From Escherichia phage SF, in sequence record MH359124: a stretch of DNA of 64,000 nt. One strand, 5' to 3'. The position numbers were made by a program, and so were the translations under genes. This document shows, piece by piece, positions 40,739-50,840 of this stretch (position 1 is the first letter of the stretch; the number at the start of each line of letters is the position of its first letter). Below the pieces are notes generated by a model. The model did not search any database and had not been told where the DNA came from. It saw nothing but the letters and a program-made list of their open reading frames with translations.

Positions 40739-43700
40739 TTATTCAACCCATATAAATTTAACTGTTTTGTTAACCGGGTCTGGAACAATTCTCACATTTC
40801 CTAATTGTAAGAAGTCTCGAATAGTAAGGTTTCCAATAACAGCATTATCAGATGGGATAGCACCGACATCGCTAGGTGAAGGTGGGTTGCCACTATCAAA
40901 TACCATTGCAAATGAAGTCCAAGCATCTTTATTTTTCTGCCAGGTACGAGTATATCGAATGCTACCACCATTTGCACCTGTAGGATAACAAATCCAATCC
41001 TGATAAAGCGAATCTAAGCTATTGCCGAATTGAGTCAAAGTACCAGGATATTTAATTTCTTGGTCACGGTTACCTTTGTTATCACGCGTCCAGTATCCAG
41101 GGAATTGGCTATATACAGCAGAATCGTTAATGTCAATAGACCAAAAACCTACAGTAGAAGCTGTTGGTTTATCGGTATAAACAGTGGCAGTTTTAACGCC
41201 GTTAGAAATAATTCTGCTATTTACAGTTAGCCCACCGGTAGTTATTGTTGCACCACATGTGATTTGAACACCGTTGTCAAGACGAACTAATCCTGTGGCA
41301 TTGTTAATCGTGATCGGGCGTAAGTTATTAAACGTCCCGGTCTGGTCACCTGAGTTAGTTAATGCAATATAAGAACTGTTACCAGCATTATAAAGCATAA
41401 CACCATAGTTACCGTTAATAGCTCTGAATGCAATAGGAGAACTAGAAACAATTTCGCCTGTAGCACTAATAGGCCCAGTAAAGGTAGAAACACCTGTAAC
41501 ATTTAACCCATTCGTAGAAACAATACCTGTTGAATAAAGTGTTCCATTAATATTAAATGATACTCTATTATCAGCAGCGCGCTGAGAATAGAAATGGTAT
41601 CCGGTTTCGTCACCCGCTTCAAATACTGTATCACGGGCACCATCTGTAGCGCTATTACCCCATGCTCTAACAACGAAATTCTCTTTATTACTAAGAGATT
41701 GGGTTCCTTTAGTGAAAATTATTTCGGAACCGCTAGAGTCATTAAGAGTTAATCTACGAGTAACAGATGCTTCGGAACCAAAAGAAGCAGTGCTTGTAGA
41801 TACTAAAGGAGCACTCAGGTTGGTCTGTTTAGTAAGGCTTAAAGAACCATTAACCGTCTGGTCGATGTCTCTACGGATGAACTGAAGAGAATCTAGACCA
41901 TCTAACAAATTACTATCAGCTGCTTTAGCTTTCAACGGTAAGTAGTTAGCAAGTACACGGTTTAATTCATATGGAGAAATAGCATAACTATTTTTCTCGT
42001 ATAGCTCTAAGTTCTGTGTAGAACCGACTGTATCATTACCAACGAATGTAATTGAACCGGATGAAGTTTTAACAAAACCTCTTATCGCCGTAGTAGCAGC
42101 CCATGTTGGTTCACTCTGCACAATCCATTTTAAATTCTTAGGTGATACAGCAGTATTAGCAGAAGTTCCTGTTACAGTTTCAGCCTGCGTAGCGACCTTA
42201 ATCACGCCTTCAGACGTTTCAGTGGACTTAGTCCCTAAAAGCTTTTTAGGAGTAATAAGAACATCATCTAAAGTTCCTGCATTAGATTCTGCCTGGGTCG
42301 CTACGCGAAGTGTACCACGTTGTGTTTCATTTGCTTTAGAAATATCAAGAGTATAATGGTTCCACAAGGTTCCTTCTTCAATAAGTCCGGAATCAGAATT
42401 AACACTGGTACGGTCAGAAGAATCAAAATGAGTTTTAATTTTCAGTGGAGTCGAGATACGAGTATCATCAGTTCCAGTATCAAATTCAACTTGCGTAGCA
42501 ATTTCGGCTATGCCAGATAATCCTTCCGTAGCTTTCCTATCATTTAACGTCTTAGGCGTTACTGCTCTAGTATAATCAGTTCCAGTGTTAGTTTCTGCTT
42601 GCGTAGCAATTTCAATTAAACCAATACGTCCATCAGTAGAAGTTTTCTTATGCAGAGTTTCAGGGGTAACTACAGCATTAGCCCAACCGGCTTGTGATTC
42701 GCCAGCGATAACTTCACTTTCAATAGCAAGAATTACTGCACCCTGCTGAGTAGGGGTAGCTTTATACTGGTCAAGAGCCTTTGGAGAAATAGTTAAATTA
42801 TCTACGGCTTTGTTATAAACGTTAGTCCCAGCATTACCACGAATAGTAGCAGCTGTAGTACCAGTCGTAGATGTGTATTTTACAATACCAGATAAAACTT
42901 CAGAACCTTGACGGCCATCCAATTTCTTAGGAGTAATAATAGTGGTGTCATCTGTTCCGGCATTAGTTTCAGCCTGAGTTGCAACTTCAGCAACACCTCT
43001 ACGGGTTTCAGTTGCTGTACGTTCGTTCAATTTCTTAGGAGAAATAATCAAGTCGTCTTGGAATGCAAAATCGGTATTCTGGTTAACTTGTGCAGTTGTT
43101 GCAATACGAGCAATACCACGACGAGTTTCAGTTGCTGTACGATTTGCTAATGTTTCCGGAGTAATAGCCAGTTCTTTACCAGGAGCATTTTCTAAATCGA
43201 CATTTGCTTGCGCTTGAGAAGCAAGAGCAATAACACCTAAACGAGCTCGAGTGGTATTGCTCGATGCATCGACTCGTTCGACGGTTACGGTGTTTTGTTG
43301 AACTACCCAATATTTTGTTTCAGATGAATAATCTTCTATATAAGCTAACTCAAGTACAGGTACATACGAAGTATCACCATTAAATTCTAGCTCACTAACA
43401 GAAACCCATTGTGCATCAGGTGGATACTCCGAACGTTTTGGGAACTGTAATAAAGAAATACTGCTAGCAATTGTATCGCCTTCAGCAGCTTTAATTTTTA
43501 CAGTTTGCCCTTTACGCATATAATTCAACGATATTTTAACAGTATCGCCAGACAAAATATCTGTAGGCAAAGTAAGATTTACCGTCGAGATTGTATCATT
43601 ATTAGTTCCAAAAACAAGAACTTCTTCATTAGGGCGTAAATCAGTATCATTACGAACTATACGTAAACGAGATTTCTGGTCACCTTCCCAAACACGCCAT

Positions 43701-44572
43701 AAACTATTGGCAGAATCATAAACAAAGAATGCTTCCGCAGTATTACGTCCTTCTGCTACATGAACACCAGCTTCTCGTATAGAAGTTGTATCATCGTAAG
43801 TTTTGACAATTGTGTGATATAATGGGTTTAATTTGTCTAAAACCACTAAATTAATAATATCGCCATTATTAGCATTACGAGGCAATGTAATATTAATAGG
43901 AGCGGCTGATGTAAAACGTCGAATGATAAAATCATTAGGTTGCGCTTGATATGGCGTAGCAGGAGTTACTGTGACTGCATTACGTTCGTAATCAGAAACA
44001 TACATTTGCCATAGGCGGTTGCTAAAAATGAAGACCATTTTAGATTTTGGGTGCGTCATTAAAACTGAACGAACCTGTTGTCCTCTAAAGTTTACAATAC
44101 TTTGAGCCGCTGCAGTAATTTGAACTTTTACATAGCCTACTCTACCGCCAATATCAGATAAAATAACTGTATCGCCATCTAAAGGATTTTGAGGCAAAGT
44201 GAAATTAATATCAGTGCCAGCTGAAGTATCAACCGCAATAGAGTTACCTACTGATAATTGGAAATCTCCGCCTTGAACTGTAATCCATTCTGCATCTGTA
44301 CGAGTTGCCTTCCATTTAGCCAAAGAGAAAGGGCCTGCCGGAGCTGGAATATCGCTTAAAGCTTGATAAAAACGATTATCATAAAGAACAATAAAATCTT
44401 TTGTATACGCGCGCGTCTCGTCATAATTCTGTACGGTGTTTTCTTGCACCAAAAAGTCAACGTTCACGCCATCGGTGCCAACTGTGCGGTCAGCAAGCGC
44501 AACGTTAACTATCTTATCACCGCCTGCGTCAAGACCATCTTCGGCCCTGAACTTACGTTTGATGTCAACCAT
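40739..44572 (-). CDS. 34: gp34 long tail fibre proximal subunit
   Basis: 1277-aa ORF; repeated ...ATQAE(T/S)N.GTD... segments; late promoter upstream. Confidence 0.9.
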   Translation of the reverse strand: MVDIKRKFRAEDGLDAGGDKIVNVALADRTVGTDGVNVDFLVQENTVQNYDETRAYTKDFIVLYDNRFYQALSDIPAPAGPFSLAKWKATRTDAEWITVQGGDFQLSVGNSIAVDTSAGTDINFTLPQNPLDGDTVILSDIGGRVGYVKVQITAAAQSIVNFRGQQVRSVLMTHPKSKMVFIFSNRLWQMYVSDYERNAVTVTPATPYQAQPNDFIIRRFTSAAPINITLPRNANNGDIINLVVLDKLNPLYHTIVKTYDDTTSIREAGVHVAEGRNTAEAFFVYDSANSLWRVWEGDQKSRLRIVRNDTDLRPNEEVLVFGTNNDTISTVNLTLPTDILSGDTVKISLNYMRKGQTVKIKAAEGDTIASSISLLQFPKRSEYPPDAQWVSVSELEFNGDTSYVPVLELAYIEDYSSETKYWVVQQNTVTVERVDASSNTTRARLGVIALASQAQANVDLENAPGKELAITPETLANRTATETRRGIARIATTAQVNQNTDFAFQDDLIISPKKLNERTATETRRGVAEVATQAETNAGTDDTTIITPKKLDGRQGSEVLSGIVKYTSTTGTTAATIRGNAGTNVYNKAVDNLTISPKALDQYKATPTQQGAVILAIESEVIAGESQAGWANAVVTPETLHKKTSTDGRIGLIEIATQAETNTGTDYTRAVTPKTLNDRKATEGLSGIAEIATQVEFDTGTDDTRISTPLKIKTHFDSSDRTSVNSDSGLIEEGTLWNHYTLDISKANETQRGTLRVATQAESNAGTLDDVLITPKKLLGTKSTETSEGVIKVATQAETVTGTSANTAVSPKNLKWIVQSEPTWAATTAIRGFVKTSSGSITFVGNDTVGSTQNLELYEKNSYAISPYELNRVLANYLPLKAKAADSNLLDGLDSLQFIRRDIDQTVNGSLSLTKQTNLSAPLVSTSTASFGSEASVTRRLTLNDSSGSEIIFTKGTQSLSNKENFVVRAWGNSATDGARDTVFEAGDETGYHFYSQRAADNRVSFNINGTLYSTGIVSTNGLNVTGVSTFTGPISATGEIVSSSPIAFRAINGNYGVMLYNAGNSSYIALTNSGDQTGTFNNLRPITINNATGLVRLDNGVQITCGATITTGGLTVNSRIISNGVKTATVYTDKPTASTVGFWSIDINDSAVYSQFPGYWTRDNKGNRDQEIKYPGTLTQFGNSLDSLYQDWICYPTGANGGSIRYTRTWQKNKDAWTSFAMVFDSGNPPSPSDVGAIPSDNAVIGNLTIRDFLQLGNVRIVPDPVNKTVKFIWVE

Positions 44573-44606
44573 GGTAGTCCTCTTATCATTATGTGTTCTA
44601 TTTTAC

Positions 44607-44614
44607 TATTTATA
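44607..44614 (-). promoter_or_regulatory. Late promoter (TATAAATA) for gene 34
   Basis: Exact TATAAATA on the - strand about 35 nt upstream of the gp34 ATG. Confidence 0.7.
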
Positions 44615-44629
44615 AATGAGTAAAAGACT

Positions 44630-44659
44630 ATTTACGCTTTCGAACTAGTATGTTACTAT
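44630..44659 (+). promoter_or_regulatory. Early-type promoter candidate for rnh
   Basis: ATTTAC, 18 nt, TACTAT; overlaps a CGCTTT MotA-like element. Confidence 0.4.
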
Positions 44660-44692
44660 GATCTAAGTTGACTAACTGAACAAGAGGTTCAT

Positions 44693-45610
44693 ATGGATTT
44701 AGAAATGATGTTGGATGAAGATTACAAAGAAGGTATTGCACTTGCTGATTTTAGTAACATTGCATTAGCAGCCGCATTAAACAACTTTGAAGACGGCGAT
44801 AAAATTACTGTTCCGATGGTTCGACATGTAATCTTGAATTCAATTCGTAAAAACGTAGTTATGTTCCGTAAGCAAGGCTATACAAAATTTGTATTGTGTA
44901 TGGATAATGCTACTTCAGGTTATTGGCGACGCGACTTTGCTTACTATTACAAGAAAAATCGTAAAACTGATCGTGAAGCTTCAAAGTGGGATTGGGAAGG
45001 ATATTTTACTGCACTTCATCAAGTCGTTGATGAGATTAAGAAATACATGCCATACGTTGTAATGGATATCGACAAGTATGAAGCGGATGACCATATCGGT
45101 GTATTAACTAAATATTTGTCATTAGCTGGACATAAGGTATGTATTGTTGCATCAGATGGTGACTTTACACAATTACACAAATATCCTAACGTTAAACAGT
45201 GGTCGCCGCCACAGAAAAAATGGGTTAAAATTAAGAACGGTTCTGCTGAAATTGATTGCATGACTAAAATTCTTAAAGGTGACCGTAAAGACGGCGTTGC
45301 ATCTGTTCGAGTTCGCGGCGACTTCTGGTTTACCAGAGTTGATGGTGAACGAACTCCGAGCATGAAAACAACGATTATTGAAGCGATTGCTAATGACCGT
45401 TCTCAAGCCGAAGTATTATTAAGTGCAGAAGAATATAAACGGTATCAAGAAAATTTGGTTCTCATTGATTTTGATTATATCCCTGATAATATTGCTTCAA
45501 CCATTATAGAGTATTATAACTCATATAAACAACAACCTAAAGGCAAGATTTATTCATACTTTGTAAAATCTGGTCTTTCTAAATTAACAAGTGTAATTAA
45601 CGAATTCTGA
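44693..45610 (+). CDS. rnh: RNase H (5'-3' exonuclease, FEN family)
   Basis: 305-aa ORF, same length as T4 RNase H; synteny. Confidence 0.9.
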   Translation: MDLEMMLDEDYKEGIALADFSNIALAAALNNFEDGDKITVPMVRHVILNSIRKNVVMFRKQGYTKFVLCMDNATSGYWRRDFAYYYKKNRKTDREASKWDWEGYFTALHQVVDEIKKYMPYVVMDIDKYEADDHIGVLTKYLSLAGHKVCIVASDGDFTQLHKYPNVKQWSPPQKKWVKIKNGSAEIDCMTKILKGDRKDGVASVRVRGDFWFTRVDGERTPSMKTTIIEAIANDRSQAEVLLSAEEYKRYQENLVLIDFDYIPDNIASTIIEYYNSYKQQPKGKIYSYFVKSGLSKLTSVINEF

Positions 45611-45617
45611 GGTAAAC

Positions 45618-45887
45618 ATGGCTAAGAAAGAAGCAGTTGAATTTAATCAAGATGTGCATGGTGAAGAACTGGCTAAACTAGTCAAGGAAGCTTCCGATAA
45701 CAAACTTAAAATTTCTGGTTATAATGAACTGATTAAAGACATTCGTACTCGTGCTAAAGAAGAGCTTGGCGTCGATGGAAAAATGTTTAATCGTTTGTTA
45801 GCTCTTTATCATAAAGACGCTCGTGACCAATTTGAAGCTGAAAACGAAGAGGTAGTCGAGCTTTATGACACAGTTTTCACTAAGTGA
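45618..45887 (+). CDS. dsbA: DsbA dsDNA-binding late transcription protein
   Basis: 89-aa ORF, same length as T4 DsbA; synteny rnh-dsbA-33. Confidence 0.7.
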   Translation: MAKKEAVEFNQDVHGEELAKLVKEASDNKLKISGYNELIKDIRTRAKEELGVDGKMFNRLLALYHKDARDQFEAENEEVVELYDTVFTK

Positions 45888-46203
45888 TATTAAACCGGTT
45901 GATGAGGCCGGTTTATCTGAACAAGAATTAGCGGTAAAACACGATAAAGATGATATCGCTAAATTGCTTGACCGACAAGAAAACGGATTCATTATCGAAT
46001 CCATGGTTGAACAATTTGGTATGTCTTATTTAGAAGCAACAACTGCTTTCTTGGAAGAAAATTCTATTCCAGAAACACAATTTGCTAAATTTATTCCTAC
46101 AGGAATTGTTGAAAAAATTACAAGCGAAGCAATTGACGAAAACATGCTTCGCCCATCAGTTGCTCGTGGTGAAAAAACTAATACGTTAGATTTCTTATTA
46201 TGA
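45865..46203 (+). CDS. 33: gp33 late transcription co-activator
   Basis: 112-aa ORF; MTQFSL.DI.PVDE.GLSE... matches T4 gp33. Confidence 0.85.
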   Translation: MTQFSLSDIKPVDEAGLSEQELAVKHDKDDIAKLLDRQENGFIIESMVEQFGMSYLEATTAFLEENSIPETQFAKFIPTGIVEKITSEAIDENMLRPSVARGEKTNTLDFLL

Positions 46204-46853
46204 TTAAAATACGCATGCCTCCTGATGGAGAACGTTATATTAACGGAAAATCGGTATACAAACTATACTTGATGTGCAAACAACATTTTAATGGTCGGTA
46301 TGACGTAATCAAATATAACTGGTGCATGCGTGTTTCGGATAATGCGTATCAAAAACGCCGAGATAAATATTTCTTTGAAAAACTAGCAGAGAAATATAAA
46401 TTGAAGGAACTCACCTTGATATTCATAAGCAACTTAGTTGCTAACCAAGACGCATGGATTGGTGAGATATCAGACGCTGATGCATTAGTTTTCTATAGGG
46501 AATATATTGGACGTCTCAAACAAGCCAAGGAGACGTTTGCTGAAGATGTACGTAACATCTACTATTTCAGTAAGAAAGTTGAAGTTAGTGCGCTTCAAGA
46601 GATATTTGATTATAATAACAACGTTCAGTCGAGCTACATATTCAAATTGCTACAAAGCAATATAATTTCATTTGAGACTTTCTTATTGTTGGACTCGTTT
46701 TTGAATATTATAGATAAGCACGACGAACTCACCGATAACTTAGTCTGGCAAAATTATTCTACCAAATTAAAGGCATATCGAAAACTACTTCAAATCGATG
46801 GAAATGCTGCTAAGAAATTGTTCATAGAAACAATCAAATCATGTAAGTATTAA
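46200..46853 (+). CDS. 59: gp59 helicase loader
   Basis: 217-aa ORF; MIKIRMP..GERYI.GKSVYKLYLM.KQH matches T4 gp59. Confidence 0.9.
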   Translation: MIKIRMPPDGERYINGKSVYKLYLMCKQHFNGRYDVIKYNWCMRVSDNAYQKRRDKYFFEKLAEKYKLKELTLIFISNLVANQDAWIGEISDADALVFYREYIGRLKQAKETFAEDVRNIYYFSKKVEVSALQEIFDYNNNVQSSYIFKLLQSNIISFETFLLLDSFLNIIDKHDELTDNLVWQNYSTKLKAYRKLLQIDGNAAKKLFIETIKSCKY

Positions 46854-46882
46854 GCTTTATTTCTTGTGTGTTAAAATTACTT

Positions 46883-46890
46883 TATAAATA
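46883..46890 (+). promoter_or_regulatory. Late promoter (TATAAATA) upstream of gene 32
   Basis: Exact TATAAATA in the gene 32 leader. Confidence 0.55.
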
Positions 46891-46898
46891 AATCATAC

Positions 46899-46970
46899 CA
46901 GCTACGAGGTATAAGTGTCGTAGCAACCAACTGTAAAATTTAATTAATAATCTAAATAAAGGCAAATAAA
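46899..46970 (+). promoter_or_regulatory. Gene 32 translational operator-like leader
   Basis: Hairpin GCTACGA(N10)TCGTAGC at 46901..46924 followed by about 45 nt of unstructured A/U-rich RNA up to the ATG, as in the T4 gp32 autoregulatory site. Confidence 0.5.
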
Positions 46971-47870
46971 ATGTTTAAACGTAAAAGTACCGCAGACCTC
47001 GCAGCTCAGATGGCTAAACTGAATGGTAACAAAGGTTTCTCTTCAGAAGATAAAGGTGAATGGAAGCTGAAACTCGATGCATCCGGTAATGGTCAAGCGG
47101 TAATTCGTTTCCTGCCGGCAAAAACAGATGACGCACTTCCGTTTGCAATTCTTGTTAACCACGGGTTCAAGAAAAACGGCAAATGGTATATTGAAACCTG
47201 TTCATCTACACACGGCGATTATGACTCTTGTCCGGTATGTCAGTACATTAGTAAAAATGATCTGTACAATACAAACAAAACAGAATATTCTCAACTGAAA
47301 CGTAAAACTTCTTATTGGGCTAATATCCTGGTTGTTAAAGACCCACAAGCTCCAGATAATGAAGGTAAAGTATTCAAATACCGTTTTGGTAAAAAGATTT
47401 GGGACAAAATCAATGCAATGATTGCAGTCGATACTGAAATGGGTGAAACTCCTGTTGATGTAACTTGCCCATGGGAAGGTGCTAACTTTGTGCTGAAAGT
47501 TAAACAGGTTTCTGGTTTTAGTAACTACGACGAATCTAAATTCCTGAATCAATCTGCGATTCCAAACATTGATGATGAATCTTTCCAGAAAGAATTGTTC
47601 GAGCAAATGGTTGACCTTTCTGAAATGACTTCTAAAGATAAGTTCAAATCGTTTGAAGAATTGAATACTAAATTTAATCAAGTTCTTGGTACTGCCGCTC
47701 TTGGTGGTGCTGCAGCCGCAGCAGCTTCTGTTGCAGATAAAGTTGCTTCTGACCTTGACGATTTTGATAAAGACATGGAAGCCTTTAGTTCTGCAAAAAC
47801 TGAAGATGACTTCATGAGTTCCTCGTCTTCTGACGATGGCGACCTCGATGACCTGTTAGCTGGTCTATAA
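46971..47870 (+). CDS. 32: gp32 single-stranded DNA-binding protein
   Basis: 299-aa ORF; roughly 85% identical by eye to remembered T4 gp32; acidic C-terminal tail. Confidence 0.95.
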   Translation: MFKRKSTADLAAQMAKLNGNKGFSSEDKGEWKLKLDASGNGQAVIRFLPAKTDDALPFAILVNHGFKKNGKWYIETCSSTHGDYDSCPVCQYISKNDLYNTNKTEYSQLKRKTSYWANILVVKDPQAPDNEGKVFKYRFGKKIWDKINAMIAVDTEMGETPVDVTCPWEGANFVLKVKQVSGFSNYDESKFLNQSAIPNIDDESFQKELFEQMVDLSEMTSKDKFKSFEELNTKFNQVLGTAALGGAAAAAASVADKVASDLDDFDKDMEAFSSAKTEDDFMSSSSSDDGDLDDLLAGL

Positions 47871-47876
47871 TAAATT

Positions 47877-47898
47877 GGGAGACTTCGGTCTCCCTTTT
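47877..47898 (+). terminator. Rho-independent terminator after gene 32
   Basis: GGGAGAC-TTCG-GTCTCCC then TTTT. Confidence 0.8.
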
Positions 47899-47925
47899 GA
47901 GTATCTGTAAATTGCCAAAAAAGTT

Positions 47926-47954
47926 GTTTACTTCTTCCCTAGATGTGATATTAT
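47926..47954 (+). promoter_or_regulatory. Early promoter (PeSL-like)
   Basis: GTTTAC, 17 nt, TATTAT; drives ORF 47984. Confidence 0.65.
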
Positions 47955-47983
47955 AGTTCTATCAACAACATGAGGAAATCAAA

Positions 47984-48376
47984 ATGGAAATCGGAAAATC
48001 TTATATCATTAACCCTTTGTTTAAAGACGACTTTGTTCAAGAAGCGCCACACAATAACGCTAAGATGTTAAAATTGATTGAACTCCATGGGCCTAGTTTT
48101 GTTGTAAACGGAATGGAACCTGATTATGATAGCGATACGCCAAACGTAGTAAGTGTAACTATGGAAGACGGTACTGTATGTTCTGCCGCTGGTGAAATTG
48201 AAACTTATTTTGAGATTTATTATGATGAGTTCAAATACTTTACTGAGGTAGATTTAGTAAAGTCTCAACCTACTAACAAAGGTATAGCTTTAGGTGTAAC
48301 AAAAATACATTGTATCGTAGATGAAACCAACGTCGACGAAATCATCAAACTTTTGCAAAAAACTTTTAAAAAGTAG
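47984..48376 (+). CDS. Hypothetical protein (frd.x region)
   Basis: 130-aa ORF with own promoter. Confidence 0.6.
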   Translation: MEIGKSYIINPLFKDDFVQEAPHNNAKMLKLIELHGPSFVVNGMEPDYDSDTPNVVSVTMEDGTVCSAAGEIETYFEIYYDEFKYFTEVDLVKSQPTNKGIALGVTKIHCIVDETNVDEIIKLLQKTFKK

Positions 48377-48405
48377 TTTATAACAAGATAGGGCTATGTT
48401 ATAGT
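48376..48405 (+). promoter_or_regulatory. Early promoter (PeSL-like)
   Basis: GTTTAT, 18 nt, TATAGT inside IR TAGGGCTAT..ATAGTAGCCCTA; drives ORF 48440. Confidence 0.6.
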
Positions 48406-48439
48406 AGCCCTATCAAATAAAAGTAAAGAGGAGAATAAA

Positions 48440-49622
<1,183 letters not shown>

Positions 49623-49637
49623 TTATATAGGTGTTAA

Positions 49638-50498
49638 ATGAAACAATATCAAGATTTGATTAAAGATATCTTAGAAAATGGCTATGAAACAGACGACCGT
49701 ACAGGTACCGGCACTATTGCTCTATTCGGAACTAAATTGCGATGGGACCTTACTAAAGGATTTCCTGCAGTAACAACCAAGAAGCTTGCATGGAAAGCTT
49801 GTATTGCCGAGCTATTATGGTTCATGTCTGGTTCTACCAATGTTAATGATTTGCGTATTCGTACTCATGGTAGTCTTATTCAAGGTAAAACTATTTGGGA
49901 CGACAACTATGAAAATCAGGCAAAAGACCTTGGATATCATAGCGGCGAACTTGGTCCTATTTATGGTAAGCAATGGCGTGATTTTGGTGGTGTAGACCAA
50001 TTGGTCAAAACTATTGACCGTATTAAAGCTCTTCCTAATGATCGTCGTCAAATAGTTTCTGCATGGAACCCGGCCGAAATTGACCAAATGGCTCTTCCTC
50101 CTTGTCATATGTTCTATCAATTTAACGTGCGTAATGGGCATCTTGATTTACAATGGTATCAACGCAGTGTAGATGTTTTCTTGGGTCTGCCATTCAACAT
50201 TGCCTCGTACGCTGCCTTGACACATATTGTAGCGAAGATGTGTAACCTTATCCCAGGTGATTTAGTGTTCTCAGGCGGCAACACGCATATCTACAGCAAT
50301 CATGTAGAACAATGCAAAGAAGTTCTTCGTCGTGAACCTAAAGAGTTGTGTTCTCTTGAAATTAATTGGCCTAGTAATTTTGAGAATTGGCCTACAAAAA
50401 TCCAAATGGACTGGGTTACTGGAACGATGACACATTCTGATTTCGTTCTTAAAAATTACGAATCTCATCCAACTATCAAAGCTAAAATGGCGGTATAA
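49638..50498 (+). CDS. td: Thymidylate synthase (intronless)
   Basis: 286-aa uninterrupted ORF near-identical to spliced T4 Td; PPCH active site. Confidence 0.95.
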   Translation: MKQYQDLIKDILENGYETDDRTGTGTIALFGTKLRWDLTKGFPAVTTKKLAWKACIAELLWFMSGSTNVNDLRIRTHGSLIQGKTIWDDNYENQAKDLGYHSGELGPIYGKQWRDFGGVDQLVKTIDRIKALPNDRRQIVSAWNPAEIDQMALPPCHMFYQFNVRNGHLDLQWYQRSVDVFLGLPFNIASYAALTHIVAKMCNLIPGDLVFSGGNTHIYSNHVEQCKEVLRREPKELCSLEINWPSNFENWPTKIQMDWVTGTMTHSDFVLKNYESHPTIKAKMAV

Positions 50499-50753
50499 AT
50501 GATTTTACGTTTTATTAATTCATATGGCACCACAATTTTTGAAATGAAAAATCCTACCGAACTGGATATCCCTTCACCGAATAGTGAAATCACAGTTAAA
50601 GGTGAACGATTCATTTGCTATTCACACGAACGAATTTATGAATATCGTGAATTTTGTGGTGGTTATGGTATGGAAAAAGAACCATTGGTTTATTTCGATA
50701 TCACGGTCTTGACACCTAAAGAATACGAAAAAATTATTGCTGATGATAATTAA
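50499..50753 (+). CDS. Hypothetical protein
   Basis: 84-aa ORF. Confidence 0.5.
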   Translation: MILRFINSYGTTIFEMKNPTELDIPSPNSEITVKGERFICYSHERIYEYREFCGGYGMEKEPLVYFDITVLTPKEYEKIIADDN

Positions 50754-50777
50754 CGCTTCAGTTTAAAAGTGTATAAT
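50752..50777 (+). promoter_or_regulatory. Middle promoter candidate for nrdA
   Basis: AACGCTTCA box, 11-nt spacer, -10 TATAAT; followed by hairpin ACGGGATA..TATCCCGT. Confidence 0.45.
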
Positions 50778-50840
50778 AAATTAACGGGATAAATACTATC
50801 CCGTTTGGAGTAATGTCTATCAACCTATACTGAGGAATAT

